Virus record (IMG/VR): IMGVR_UViG_3300034110_001237 | Coordinates: 97,698-161,697 of that record | DNA from: a virus | Length of the DNA stretch: 64,000 bases | Direction: 5' to 3' (one strand) | Part shown: positions 18,154 to 28,768 of the stretch, piece after piece | Numbering within the stretch: position 1 is the first letter of the stretch | Layout of the letters: each line of letters starts with the position of its first letter | Notes under the pieces: model-generated | The model's database searches: none | What the model was told of the DNA's origin: nothing | The model's input: only the letters and a program-made list of their open reading frames with translations | Made by a program: the position numbers and the translations under genes

Positions 18154-18354
18154 GTAAGAACTGCTGGGGAGCAGCGTAAGACCATTAGGAGCAGTTGTAA
18201 CAACCTCGCACATGAGAATGTCCGAGGTTTTTTGTTATCTATCAAAAAAAATAGATGACACATTTAAAGAGCCGACGAATGGCTCTTTTTTTGTTTAACT
18301 CTTTCATTTTTTACAATTTAAGCTATAATGGAGGTGCAAACTAAGGAGCTTACT

Positions 18355-19038
18355 ATGTTTAAACTAATGTGTATTGTATTTTCTGGCTTATTGATGACTG
18401 GGTGTGCTATTAACAACATTGGTAACACAGTGAATCGAAAAATGGATAATTATTCAATTATTGACACCATTACGGAACCACAAAACAAGCTGGATTACAT
18501 TCGTTTTGAATCACGTAAAACGGAAGCTGCAGACACCTATTTCTCAGTATCGAGTGGTGTTCAGTGGAATGATGATTATGTAGTGGCTTTAAAAACCACT
18601 GAAAGTGCAAATGATAAGTTTGCTTGTCTTAATGAATGTGGTGTTGTGTTTATTAAGAAACATAAACAAGAACCAGTACCGGAATGGCGTCATCGTATCA
18701 GTAATGAACCTGTCATTTTGCTGGGGGCTTCTGATAATATTGATGAAACCTTTGTTTATAAATCAATGGATATAGATGTTTCTGCTATCAGTGCAGACAT
18801 AACACCATATCCAGTATATGCGGTACCAACCACCATTGTAGAAAATAATGCAGAAGGTGGCCCAGTCTATGGCACTGATGGTAAAGTGATTGGTATCATT
18901 TCTGGTTTTGTGAATACTGTTGATGATACAGGTGAACGTTTGACTTATCTGGATGGTTTTGATTCTGGTTATTTTGCTTTGTATATTCCTTACAGTGAAT
19001 TGATTAGAGCTTGGGATTTAGTCAAGCCAACTAAGTAA
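18355..19038 (+). CDS. trypsin-like lipoprotein, predicted catalytically inactive
   Basis: lipobox MTGC; VQWNDDYVV; NAEGGPVYG replaces xMSGGP; catalytic His absent. Confidence 0.7.
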   Translation: MFKLMCIVFSGLLMTGCAINNIGNTVNRKMDNYSIIDTITEPQNKLDYIRFESRKTEAADTYFSVSSGVQWNDDYVVALKTTESANDKFACLNECGVVFIKKHKQEPVPEWRHRISNEPVILLGASDNIDETFVYKSMDIDVSAISADITPYPVYAVPTTIVENNAEGGPVYGTDGKVIGIISGFVNTVDDTGERLTYLDGFDSGYFALYIPYSELIRAWDLVKPTK

Positions 19039-19139
19039 ATATATTCTTATTAATATTAAGGACTTTTTAGTCCTTTTTTGTTGCTTAAAACTCAATAATT
19101 TGGTATAATAGCACTTCACTATTCCATCGAGTAAAATCA

Positions 19140-19865
19140 ATGTTTAGACACGTCATTCTTGTTGCCATTACAAGCCTTATTATAGGTTGTTCGTTTAATG
19201 CTTCCAATTATGAAGCAGAGCAAGCTAAACAGCCTGTTAATGGTCTTAAAAACTACAATGTGGTTCAAGACGCCAGTGTCAACATGGGTGGACGCGATTT
19301 GACTTTCGTTACCTTTGAAAAAATGGTTGAAGTTCATATTGTTCAAAATGGTAAAACCATCACCGATACACAATCTCAGTATGGCAGCGGTGTTCAATGG
19401 AATGAAGATTATGTGGTGACAACTAAAACTGTCAATTTTGTAGATAGGTCTGATCAGCCATGTATCAAAGATTGTGAAATTCAATTTATCAAACGAAAAG
19501 CAACCGCTCCAGTTCCTGATTGGCGTTCTCATGTTGCCAATGAACGAATCACCTTTGTGGGAATTGAAAGCGAAGCTCGTTTTCGTGCTGAATTTGGTAT
19601 GGATTTGAACGTTAAGACCTATACCGAAACCAACACAAGCACATTGTTCAATATAGCAGACAATCAAATTGTTAATAGCATGTCAGGTGGGCCAGCTTAT
19701 GGTCTGGATGGTAAAGTGGTTGGCATCTTGACGGGTTCTACTGAGACAGCTAACCTCCGTAATTCAAATAATCGTAATTTGAGTAGCCGTGGCGAACGTT
19801 TGTCAGTCTATCTGTCCTATGAAGATGTGCAGAAAGAATGGGTTAAGTTTCAACAATCGCATTAA
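19140..19865 (+). CDS. trypsin-like lipoprotein, catalytic His missing
   Basis: lipobox IIGC; VQWNEDYVVTTKT; NSMSGGPAYG. Confidence 0.7.
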   Translation: MFRHVILVAITSLIIGCSFNASNYEAEQAKQPVNGLKNYNVVQDASVNMGGRDLTFVTFEKMVEVHIVQNGKTITDTQSQYGSGVQWNEDYVVTTKTVNFVDRSDQPCIKDCEIQFIKRKATAPVPDWRSHVANERITFVGIESEARFRAEFGMDLNVKTYTETNTSTLFNIADNQIVNSMSGGPAYGLDGKVVGILTGSTETANLRNSNNRNLSSRGERLSVYLSYEDVQKEWVKFQQSH

Positions 19866-19889
19866 TTATTTTAATATTAGGAGAATACA

Positions 19890-20099
19890 ATGGAAGCAAA
19901 ACTTAAAGAATTTCAAGTAATGACTGAACGTTTTCGTATATTGGAAACTGAAATCCTGACTGCCATTCAAACCGTAGGTAAAGCAAAAGGCTTTAACTGG
20001 CCGATTCATGCTATTTCGAATTTGTTTGTGGGTGATAACTATGTTTCATTTAAAGTCAACGGCCTTCCAAAACGTCTTGAAATGCACGAAGTCGTTTAA
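19890..20099 (+). CDS. hypothetical protein
   Basis: GGGAG RBS. Confidence 0.65.
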   Translation: MEAKLKEFQVMTERFRILETEILTAIQTVGKAKGFNWPIHAISNLFVGDNYVSFKVNGLPKRLEMHEVV

Positions 20100-20275
20100 T
20101 ATTAATCATTTTAATTAAATGTTTTGACCATGAAAAATATTATCACACATCATTTAAAGCAATATCAACATAGATAAAAAAAACAAACCCCATTGTTCTC
20201 AGTGGGTTTTTTGTTGTTTTAATAAATAAAATAGTGTATAATCCATCTATTAAATTTAATGAAGGTCAAAAAATT

Positions 20276-20812
20276 ATGAAAAACAGTTTTCGCATTCTTC
20301 TGTCAATTTTGGCAATCACTTCAACAATGGTTTCAGCGGATGAAACTTTTGAAAAAGTTCGTCAGCTTGATAAATTCAGCTATCATGGCGTTGGCTTCAA
20401 GTCGAGTAAAGCAGATTTGGAAGGTCAACGATTCACCTGTAATCAAATGCGTTGCTCTCGTAATGAAAAAGACACTCAGATTGATGTCGTGTTTACTGGT
20501 GATCAAATTCAAAAAATTGACGCACGAACACGATACAATAGCCGTATTGATTGTCTTGACAATCAGAAAGAAATTAAAAACTTTTTGGCAGACACCTATG
20601 ATTTTGAATATGTCAATCAAGACTACAAAGTGCTTGGCATGAATGTTAAGAGTGAGGATTTGGGTGGTAACATTAAAACGAAGGATGGTTCTATTTGGGT
20701 GAATGTCTCTTGCATGAATGATCCTAAGATCAATATGAGCTATGTCAGCACTCGTTTTGACCTAAAAGATATTTCCTACCAGAACTTTAAGGACGCCTTC
20801 AAATATGAATAA
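20276..20812 (+). CDS. secreted hypothetical protein
   Basis: signal peptide MKNSF...VSA; four Cys. Confidence 0.75.
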   Translation: MKNSFRILLSILAITSTMVSADETFEKVRQLDKFSYHGVGFKSSKADLEGQRFTCNQMRCSRNEKDTQIDVVFTGDQIQKIDARTRYNSRIDCLDNQKEIKNFLADTYDFEYVNQDYKVLGMNVKSEDLGGNIKTKDGSIWVNVSCMNDPKINMSYVSTRFDLKDISYQNFKDAFKYE

Positions 20813-21344
20813 AATTGTTAGCAATGGTTCAGTGCATCATCTAATTGATTTGAAATCAAGGGAAGCTATGCACCTTTATTACGGTTTAAAAAACAGGTTT
20901 GAATACACTGTCGAGAATCGTGAAGAAGTCATTAAAACCATTGCTGATGATATTCGTTCTTTTATCTTGCAGTATGACTTTGTGGTGTATCCAGAAAGCA
21001 GTGCATCGTTTATCAGTGATGTATTATCTCAGATTAATATTCCACAATACCAAGTGGTCAAAAATTCAATTGATAATGTGAGGAAATTCTCTAACACGCT
21101 CAATTTGCAAAAGAAAGAACGTGAAAGCCATGAGGAACGTTTTGCTCTTATGGGGCCAAAGTTTAAAATCAACCAGATGAAATCAACACAACGTGTAAAA
21201 TACGAAAATGTTATTTTTGACAAGATTGAATTACCATCCGGTCGAGGTCTTGTAGTTGATGATAGTCATTTCTCAGGGACTACATACAGAGCATTAGTCA
21301 GCGTGACAGGTGTTGATGAATTCTTGGCTATATTTTCAAAATGA
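20805..21344 (+). CDS. phosphoribosyltransferase-like protein
   Basis: PRPP-binding-type motif LVVDDSHFSGTT; VVYPESS. Confidence 0.65.
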   Translation: MNKIVSNGSVHHLIDLKSREAMHLYYGLKNRFEYTVENREEVIKTIADDIRSFILQYDFVVYPESSASFISDVLSQINIPQYQVVKNSIDNVRKFSNTLNLQKKERESHEERFALMGPKFKINQMKSTQRVKYENVIFDKIELPSGRGLVVDDSHFSGTTYRALVSVTGVDEFLAIFSK

Positions 21345-21433
21345 TAAAACACTATAATATCAATTTAACCTCCATTTGACAGTATTTTTAAGTAGTGATA
21401 GCATGATATTAATATAATATTAGAAGTATAATC

Positions 21434-22027
21434 ATGACTAAGTTTCTGTGTTTTTCTGCTTTAATGGCTTTCATAGTATTTCCATCAGTTCATGCTGAAT
21501 ATAGAATGGTAGTCGGTCTTGAAGGGACTTCTGGTGGTAGTCTTCCAAAAAATTCGATTGTTTTTACAAACACAGGCACTGTTCCCACTCAACCAGAAGG
21601 TGATGATTATTCTATTTTTGGTAGCTATGCGGCGGTTGCACGAGCAATTGTCGCTGAGAAAAATCCTGTCACTGTTATGACGTATGAAAACGTTCGAGAT
21701 GTTTTTAATGCTGGTTACAATTTAAACGATTATCGCACGCTGCAGATGGATGGTTATGGATATGGTTTGTTAGCGACTTATGTATGGTCTACTGATTTTA
21801 CATTGAGTAATCTTATTTCTTTACACAATGAAGGATATAATTTGTTAACGGTGGCTCAAGCTGGGAACTATATGTTCGCTGTATACAATATTCCTACCAA
21901 TATTGGTATTCATAAGATTACAGAAAGCTATAAGGCCAGTTGTTTTCCTTCTTTAGTTTCTGTTTTCCCTCAAATAGATATTTCCCAATGGGACGCTTAT
22001 GCTGGACAACAAAACTGTTTAAAATAA
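21434..22027 (+). CDS. secreted protein, 'ADY' family
   Basis: signal peptide VHA-EYRMVVGLE...IVFTN. Confidence 0.75.
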   Translation: MTKFLCFSALMAFIVFPSVHAEYRMVVGLEGTSGGSLPKNSIVFTNTGTVPTQPEGDDYSIFGSYAAVARAIVAEKNPVTVMTYENVRDVFNAGYNLNDYRTLQMDGYGYGLLATYVWSTDFTLSNLISLHNEGYNLLTVAQAGNYMFAVYNIPTNIGIHKITESYKASCFPSLVSVFPQIDISQWDAYAGQQNCLK

Positions 22028-22073
22028 TCTAGGTATGTGGTATAATAGCTTACACTTACAGAGGATGATGATT

Positions 22074-22223
22074 ATGTTGAAATGTCTTTTTGGTTTGAAC
22101 TGCAATATGGTTTATTTTAAAGATGTTGTGATTAGTCATGGGATCTTGGATGGTAGCACTGTCATGTCTGTTTACAAATGCACGGTCTGCAATCGAGAAA
22201 AAAACGAAGAATATTCACGTTAA
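22074..22223 (+). CDS. small Cys-containing protein
   Basis: GAGGA RBS; KCLFGLNC...KCTVC. Confidence 0.6.
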   Translation: MLKCLFGLNCNMVYFKDVVISHGILDGSTVMSVYKCTVCNREKNEEYSR

Positions 22224-22259
22224 AAAAAGGTAGCCTAGGCTACCTTCTTTATTTTATTG

Positions 22260-22562
22260 TTACTCTTTTTTCATGTCTTCGACATTATCTCTGAGATAAC
22301 TCTCTTTTCTGCTGGCTTTTAATTCATCCCATTTTTTGTTTTGCTCTGGGGTGAGTACGCCTTGTATGTCTTTATCTTCTGCGAGACGGTGTTTTTCATG
22401 AATGTCTCTTAATTGTGTTTTTTGTGTATCGTTAAGTTTTAAATCTTGATAATACTTACCAAAGAATCCTTCAAACCAGTTGTCATTTGTACTTGGGCCA
22501 GCGAAAGCAACTGATGATGTAAGTAATGCAGCTCCCATAATTGCGATTAATGATTTGTTCAT
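22260..22562 (-). CDS. LTXXQ (Spy/CpxP-like) periplasmic protein
   Basis: signal peptide AFA; LKLNDTQK and VLTPEQ motifs; AGGAGG RBS. Confidence 0.75.
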   Translation of the reverse strand: MNKSLIAIMGAALLTSSVAFAGPSTNDNWFEGFFGKYYQDLKLNDTQKTQLRDIHEKHRLAEDKDIQGVLTPEQNKKWDELKASRKESYLRDNVEDMKKE

Positions 22563-22731
22563 AAAACATCCTCCTAATTATTGGTCTTACTAATATTAGC
22601 ATAGAAAAACCAAAAGTCAATAGCAACCATTCGCATTTACTTGTCTCTATTTCCTTTTAAACATGTAAAAACGTTTAACTTTTCCATATTCTTTGGTATA
22701 ATACAAACACTTAAAATAGTGGAGAAAAAAT

Positions 22732-23058
22732 ATGGTCAGTTTCTTGAAATACGCATTCACCATTAAACCAGAGTTCGTTCCAGATCTGAAAGAAGCCTTG
22801 GTTGAATTTGAGTGGATGTCTAATTTTGTTTCGGTTGATGATACGGGTGTTGTTTCTTTATTTGACGTTCAAGATGGCCTTACAGAAGATGCTATTACGC
22901 AAGTTATGGGTTCGTTGTCACCAGAAGGTGTTGCCAGCATTCAATGTGATATCATTTCTTGCGAGTTCAATCAAGTAGTTCGTTGCCGTGTTAAAAATGG
23001 TCGAGTTGTCAAAAATTATGCTTGCGATTTTGTTTGGAGTGCTACTGAGCAAGTTTGA
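22732..23058 (+). CDS. hypothetical protein
   Basis: promoter, GGAG RBS, terminator. Confidence 0.75.
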   Translation: MVSFLKYAFTIKPEFVPDLKEALVEFEWMSNFVSVDDTGVVSLFDVQDGLTEDAITQVMGSLSPEGVASIQCDIISCEFNQVVRCRVKNGRVVKNYACDFVWSATEQV

Positions 23059-23163
23059 TATTAATTTCTTAAATCCTCGAATACAAAACACTCTTCGGAG
23101 TGTTTTTCTATTGCAAAAACAAATTGATATGATATTTTATTGATTTAAAATGAGGATTTTTTA

Positions 23164-23532
23164 ATGGCGTTAATATTATACAGCAATGGTGAAGCTTCAT
23201 TCATCAAGAAAGACATTAATCCAGATTATTTTGATGACAGTGGTCGATTAAATATTGAGTATGTACAGTTCACATTGGATTCAGAAGACATCCATACCAT
23301 CTTCATAGATGATCCAGAAACTGTTTTGACCATTGGTGAAGGTGAGTTTCAAGGCCATTACACCATGTTCCTTTACAACAGTGAGGCTGAATTTAAAAAA
23401 TTACCTGTCAATGAATTTATGACTGATGTTGCATTGCAAGTGGGAATGATACCTCCTGACACTAATATCAGAGGCACTGTCATTTGTTTGGAAATTGATG
23501 AGCTAGGTATGCCAGACATGTCTGAGACATGA
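23164..23532 (+). CDS. hypothetical acidic protein (paralog of 23604..23948)
   Basis: MAL...G.A...P..(F/Y)D..GR.N...DPE...VN.F.T.V...G.I...ELG shared. Confidence 0.8.
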   Translation: MALILYSNGEASFIKKDINPDYFDDSGRLNIEYVQFTLDSEDIHTIFIDDPETVLTIGEGEFQGHYTMFLYNSEAEFKKLPVNEFMTDVALQVGMIPPDTNIRGTVICLEIDELGMPDMSET

Positions 23533-23603
23533 TAAATTGTCTATTGTTTATTGAATTAACTTTACATCATGTTAATCTTTAATTAACAACATGGAGTTAT
23601 TCA

Positions 23604-23948
23604 ATGGCATTAGTCATTTTTGAGGATGGCACAGCGAACAGTGCAAATGCAGTAGATCAACCAGAATTTTATGATGAACTAGGTAGGCCCAACACCATGT
23701 TCATGCAAAGTGTTTTAGAAACAACCAACATAGGAGCTATCTATTTTGAAGATCCAGAAGATGTCATTAGTTATAAAGGTGTTGATTATTCGTTAATTCT
23801 TGTCGATAACGATGCAGAAGACAAAGGGCTTTCTGTCAACAAATTTGCTACTGAAGTCACTCGACGCATGGGATTGATTGAAGATGATGAAGTCCTTAAA
23901 GGAGCTGTTATGTTTGTGGCAGTTACAGAATTAGGGTCAATGGAATAA
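23604..23948 (+). CDS. hypothetical acidic protein (paralog of 23164..23532)
   Basis: tandem duplicate; GGAG RBS. Confidence 0.8.
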   Translation: MALVIFEDGTANSANAVDQPEFYDELGRPNTMFMQSVLETTNIGAIYFEDPEDVISYKGVDYSLILVDNDAEDKGLSVNKFATEVTRRMGLIEDDEVLKGAVMFVAVTELGSME

Positions 23949-23963
23949 TTTTTTTAATAGGAG

Positions 23964-24224
23964 ATGTATATGAGTGTATTTAAGATTGAAGCTGATGGTA
24001 AGATGCATGTGTTTAATTTGGTAAAATTTAACTTGTATGACAATCGTGGTAATGGCTACGTACTACAAACCGATCAGGCAAAAAATTTATCTGTTTTAAC
24101 TGTTGGTCAGAGTATTGACAGGTTAGATATTTTAGAAGGCGTTGGTCAAGTTGCTCGTGGACTTATTGTTAAAGAAATAAATGATACAATACTAACACTT
24201 GTTCATCATTATGTTTTAAAATAA
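23964..24224 (+). CDS. hypothetical protein
   Basis: GGGAG RBS; start may be 23970. Confidence 0.7.
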   Translation: MYMSVFKIEADGKMHVFNLVKFNLYDNRGNGYVLQTDQAKNLSVLTVGQSIDRLDILEGVGQVARGLIVKEINDTILTLVHHYVLK

Positions 24225-24349
24225 AAAATCATTAATGACAGCTTTTAATAAAAAGACCTTTCTGGTCTTTTTTACTTTAAATATAACATTATTTGACAAT
24301 GATTTGACTTGCATTATAATATGAGTATATAACAGTTATTGTGGCTATC

Positions 24350-24910
24350 ATGAATAATAAACTTTTTTTATTTGCACTTTTTGGATTAATTCCTGTCACT
24401 TCTATGGCTGATTATAGAATGCATATTAATTTCTCTGATCCATCCAGTATTTCTTTTGGATCAAACACCAGTGAACCGGGTGAAGGTACACCAGAAGAAC
24501 CTACCGATCCAGTTGATACTTGTCCGACAAATTTTCCTGCACCCACCTTTTTAACTGGGTTTCCCTATGTGCAAAAAAGTGGGCTTGATGTTATTTATAA
24601 TGTTCAAATTACAGCAGTGGGTGGTTATTCTTCATATGAAGAATTGTCTACATATAATGAAGCTAATTCTGGTGGTAAACGTTATTTTAAGATGTTAACT
24701 ACTCGAGCTGATGATGGCATACTTTCTAATTTAGATGGTGGATTATATGTTGGGACTACTCAATCGTGGATGGTTAAAAATGGCAATTATTTAAAAGTTA
24801 CGGTTACTCCAATTGCTTTTGATATGAAAGAAGGCACTGTCTGTGCAACTGGAACGCCTTTTATTTTGGTAAATAAGACACATACACAGCTATATTCAGA
24901 AGCACATTAA
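24350..24910 (+). CDS. secreted protein, 'ADY' family
   Basis: signal peptide SMA-DYRMHINFSDPSSISF, then Pro/Glu linker. Confidence 0.75.
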   Translation: MNNKLFLFALFGLIPVTSMADYRMHINFSDPSSISFGSNTSEPGEGTPEEPTDPVDTCPTNFPAPTFLTGFPYVQKSGLDVIYNVQITAVGGYSSYEELSTYNEANSGGKRYFKMLTTRADDGILSNLDGGLYVGTTQSWMVKNGNYLKVTVTPIAFDMKEGTVCATGTPFILVNKTHTQLYSEAH

Positions 24911-25016
24911 TTTAAATTATAATTTTAAAGAACCTTTCAAGGTTCTTTTTTAATACTTGATATTTTTCTAAGTGTTTGGTAAAATAGAGCCATATTTGAT
25001 AAAGAGAGTATTGCCA

Positions 25017-25355
25017 ATGACTACGACCATCTTGACTGTTGAACAACAACGTAATCGTTTTGTAAAGCACCACAAAAACGCAGCACCTGTTGAATTTGAC
25101 TACACCTTTGAAGGTAATGGTTTTAAAGACGTTATGCTTAATGGTATCTTTTTGGGATGGTTGTTGGCTGTTGAAGCACAGACCAAAGACGAAGTGAATC
25201 TCTATTACAGCCGAACCTATGGTTGGAAACTTGAATCTGCTGATAGTGGTTTCACTGTCCCTTCGCCAGAATTCATGCGGCGGTCGGATGAAGATAAAGT
25301 CATTGAATGGGCTAAAGAACATGGTTTTTTGGTGATTAAAGTTGATGATGAATAA
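25017..25355 (+). CDS. hypothetical protein
   Basis: ORF ending at bidirectional terminator 25370-25396. Confidence 0.7.
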   Translation: MTTTILTVEQQRNRFVKHHKNAAPVEFDYTFEGNGFKDVMLNGIFLGWLLAVEAQTKDEVNLYYSRTYGWKLESADSGFTVPSPEFMRRSDEDKVIEWAKEHGFLVIKVDDE

Positions 25356-25397
25356 TCTTTGACTGCATAAAAAAGCCCAGCTAATGCTGGGTTTTCT

Positions 25398-25907
25398 TTA
25401 TTTCTTATTCCATTTTTCTTGACAGACAAATCTAATGCGTTCTATTTCATCCAAGAACCATTGATAATCAGTAGCAAGATAGATTTTGTATTTACCATTC
25501 TTGCCATACCAGTTGAAATGGATAAATGGTAATGTGGACGCTACCAACATATTAAGTAAATCTCTGTTTTGACGCAGCTTACATCGCAATCCTTCCAAAA
25601 TATCTTCGACTTCTTCACTGGTCAACTCAGTAGTTCTTGGATTTAACTTATCCAGTTCATCCCCTTTTTGTTTGGCTTCGTAACCATACAGTGATCTCAA
25701 CTCATCATGTTGCTGACCTGACCAAAGCCATGCCCAGTAGCCTTCCATACTTTCGAAGTGGCCGTGTTTGGGATGATTGAATGGATAGTGTGCGAAGTTG
25801 CTTAATGCTTTTCCAATTTTAGTTTTTCCTTTGGACGCCGCATTGATAAATAGAATGCCATCGTTGTCTGGCGAAATGTCTTCTTCTTGCAGAATGGTAA
25901 TTGTCAT
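25398..25907 (-). CDS. NADAR-like protein
   Basis: LSNF..YPF...G.FESMEGYW...K.RQN..L...L pattern resembling phage NADAR proteins. Confidence 0.55.
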   Translation of the reverse strand: MTITILQEEDISPDNDGILFINAASKGKTKIGKALSNFAHYPFNHPKHGHFESMEGYWAWLWSGQQHDELRSLYGYEAKQKGDELDKLNPRTTELTSEEVEDILEGLRCKLRQNRDLLNMLVASTLPFIHFNWYGKNGKYKIYLATDYQWFLDEIERIRFVCQEKWNKK

Positions 25908-25980
25908 TGTTAATAACTCCTAAGATCTCTATTAACAATAACATGTTTTTTAATCTTTTCAATTTATGGTTAAGAAGCTT

Positions 25981-26427
25981 TTAGTCCTTTTTGGATTCCT
26001 TGGTCAGTCTTGCTTCAAAATCTTTGTAGTTTTTGATAGCCACTCGCATTTCAGATTCGAGCTTTTCTTTCTTTTGTTCATCAACAATTCTTTGATCTAA
26101 AGTGACTTTTGGTTTTTCATTGAGATCTTGAATGCAATCGGTAATCCAAGGAATAAAAACACCATGTCGAATCGCTTTCACAGCTTTATAAAGAAACAAT
26201 AGTGTCATGATACCCACACCAATGCAGCCGATGGTAAACATCACTGTCGAAATAAGGAAATACAATGGAAAGAAAAAGTCAGATTCCGCCACGTAGCTGA
26301 TACGGATAATGAACTGCAGCATAAACCCAAGCACCATCATTGCCATTGATAGACAGAAAACGGAACTCTTCACAGAGTTATCTACCAACATCCAGCTTGG
26401 TATTTTTGATTTTAGGTCTATGCTCAT
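25981..26427 (-). CDS. two-TM membrane protein
   Basis: GAGG RBS; two hydrophobic segments and charged tail. Confidence 0.75.
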   Translation of the reverse strand: MSIDLKSKIPSWMLVDNSVKSSVFCLSMAMMVLGFMLQFIIRISYVAESDFFFPLYFLISTVMFTIGCIGVGIMTLLFLYKAVKAIRHGVFIPWITDCIQDLNEKPKVTLDQRIVDEQKKEKLESEMRVAIKNYKDFEARLTKESKKD

Positions 26428-26491
26428 TCTTTAAATCCTCATTAATTACTGCAATTGTATCAAACGTAAGCAGATATTGCAATACATTATA

Positions 26492-27019
26492 TTATATCGT
26501 TAACATATTAGCGACTGTCAGCCTTTGATTAAATTCGACACTTGTAAAATTGTAGACACCGACTGTATACATTTCTGGCAACAGCTCTTTAAGTTCCGGC
26601 CCTTTGTAGTGTTTGGACATCATGAGTAATTTCAATAACTTCTCATCTAAACCCACATTAAAGTTACAGATGACTTTTTCATTGATATTACGTTGATAAC
26701 GATAAACAATATCATTCAGTTCAAGATGGTTTTCACCCTTGACATCTTCATAGAAAATCCAGAGCATCGAGCCATTGGCTTTGTTGTAAAAGGAGAATCG
26801 TAATCGTTTGAACTTACCATCATCAAAAATGGCATCGCAGTCTTCTAGCATCCCCGGAAAGGAAATGCCTAATGTTATAGTATCAAAGTTAAGTGTTGTC
26901 TTATAGATTAAGCCACAAGTTCCTTTGATAGCGGCGTCTTCGCACAGCACTTCGAAATAGCTGGGAAGCCCCCATTTATTTTTATCTTTGAAGTCAGTTA
27001 GGACAAATTTTTCATACAT
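26492..27019 (-). CDS. paralog family B protein (C-terminal M-4 tail)
   Basis: ends LLPEMYTVGVYNFTSVEFNQRLTVANMLTI. Confidence 0.8.
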   Translation of the reverse strand: MYEKFVLTDFKDKNKWGLPSYFEVLCEDAAIKGTCGLIYKTTLNFDTITLGISFPGMLEDCDAIFDDGKFKRLRFSFYNKANGSMLWIFYEDVKGENHLELNDIVYRYQRNINEKVICNFNVGLDEKLLKLLMMSKHYKGPELKELLPEMYTVGVYNFTSVEFNQRLTVANMLTI

Positions 27020-27020
27020 A

Positions 27021-27533
27021 TTAAATTAACACCATATTAGCGAGATCTATTCTTTGTTTGAAATTATCACTATTGAAATCATACACTCCTTTCTGATAAA
27101 ATTCTGGGAATGTTTCTTCTACGAATTCTTGCTGACCAGTCTTGCTACTCATCAATATTTTGATCAGATCTTCGTCAAAAATAGCTCCAAATCTATATTT
27201 TTGGTGATCTTCAATATGTCCACCAGATGGGTTGTATCCAAAGGCTGTTCTAACAAAATTCAAATCCTTATCAACTGTAATGCTTAGTATTTTATTATAT
27301 ATTCTGCTATTAAAAGCAAAATGAATGTTTTTAAAACGACCTTCATCTGTAAAGTATGCTCGACACGATTCTTCCATACCATCAAATTCCATGCCCGTTT
27401 TGACATTAGAAAGATCGAGACTTTTATTGTTTGCATAGCGATGAATTTCTTTTTCAACAATAGCTTCTAAAAGATCGATGAAACCTGTTTTATCAGCTTT
27501 AAAAAAATTCGAAATTGTTGGATATTCTAACAT
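27021..27533 (-). CDS. paralog family B protein
   Basis: ends FPEFYQKGVYDFNSDNFKQRIDLANMVLI. Confidence 0.8.
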   Translation of the reverse strand: MLEYPTISNFFKADKTGFIDLLEAIVEKEIHRYANNKSLDLSNVKTGMEFDGMEESCRAYFTDEGRFKNIHFAFNSRIYNKILSITVDKDLNFVRTAFGYNPSGGHIEDHQKYRFGAIFDEDLIKILMSSKTGQQEFVEETFPEFYQKGVYDFNSDNFKQRIDLANMVLI

Positions 27534-27704
27534 TAGATAGCTCCAGTGAAAAATAGAACGTTATTATAACATATTGGTAACAGAAAAATCAAATGTTATA
27601 AAATTCCGTATTAAAACTTATACTATTGCTATTGTTTAAAAAAAATCTTTGCTCTATGACAATAAATAGTGTATAATTCTAATATCATTTAAGGTACCTA
27701 AATT

Positions 27705-28703
27705 ATGCACAACTTCCATTCTCATCATGCTCACGACGACCATGCTCATGATCCCGTTAACGTCGCCAATCATGATCATTGTCCAAGCCTTCATATTCAT
27801 GACATCAATAAACAGAAATCAAGTGGGCGTAAAAAGCTAGGCATGATCATGACGATCACCTTTGCTTTTGCCATTGTTGAAATGGTGGGTGGGTGGTTTT
27901 CAGGTTCGTTAGCCCTCATTTCAGACGCTTTCCATATGCTAACAGACTCATCGTCTCTTATGCTTGCTTTAATCATGGCAATTCTTGCTCAAAGACCGGC
28001 AGATGATAAGTATTCCTATGGTCATGGTCGTTGGGAGATTATCGGGGCATTACTGAATGGTATTTTCATGATTGCTGTGATTGTCTTCTTGATTTATGAA
28101 GGCATCGACAGGATCTTGAATCCAAGACCCGTTGAGTCTACGACTATTATCTGGATTGCCACTATTGGTTTGTTGATCAATATTTTTGCGGCATGGTTAC
28201 TTCATTCACACAGCCATTCATTAAACACCCGTGGGGCGTTTCTTCACGTCTTGGGTGATTTACTGGGTAGTGTCGCGGCAATTGCGGCTGGTGTGCTTAT
28301 CTACTTTACTGGCATGACCATCTTTGATCCAATCATTTCTATCGTTGTGGCTCTTATTTTGGTTGCACCTACTTACAATTTGTTGAAACAAACGTCTCGT
28401 ATTATCTTGGAAGGTGTTCCAGAACATATTAATTATGTCGAAGTAGGTAAAAGCTTAAATGAAGTAGAAAATGTACTTTCAGTTCATGATCTTCACATTT
28501 GGTCAATGACATCCGAACATATTTCATTGTCAGCACACGTTGAAATTGCCAGCATTGATCAGTGGGAACAAGTATTAGCTGATATTCAGCTTATGTTGTC
28601 TAACAAATTCCAGATTAACCACATCACCCTTCAACCCGAAGTCCATAAAGAACACAAAGATGATCCTTTTGAAGATAATCATCTGGTTGAAGATGCTAAT
28701 TAA
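27705..28703 (+). CDS. zitB: cation diffusion facilitator (ZitB/CzcD-type Zn/Co/Cd exporter)
   Basis: His-rich N-terminus; SLALISDAFHMLTD, YSYG.GR.E, FLHVLGDLLGS, VHDLHIW. Confidence 0.92.
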   Translation: MHNFHSHHAHDDHAHDPVNVANHDHCPSLHIHDINKQKSSGRKKLGMIMTITFAFAIVEMVGGWFSGSLALISDAFHMLTDSSSLMLALIMAILAQRPADDKYSYGHGRWEIIGALLNGIFMIAVIVFLIYEGIDRILNPRPVESTTIIWIATIGLLINIFAAWLLHSHSHSLNTRGAFLHVLGDLLGSVAAIAAGVLIYFTGMTIFDPIISIVVALILVAPTYNLLKQTSRIILEGVPEHINYVEVGKSLNEVENVLSVHDLHIWSMTSEHISLSAHVEIASIDQWEQVLADIQLMLSNKFQINHITLQPEVHKEHKDDPFEDNHLVEDAN

Positions 28704-28768
28704 ATACTTCTATCTATCGTCCGTTATCTGTGATATACTCTATGTATTCTCAATAACGGACTTTTAAC

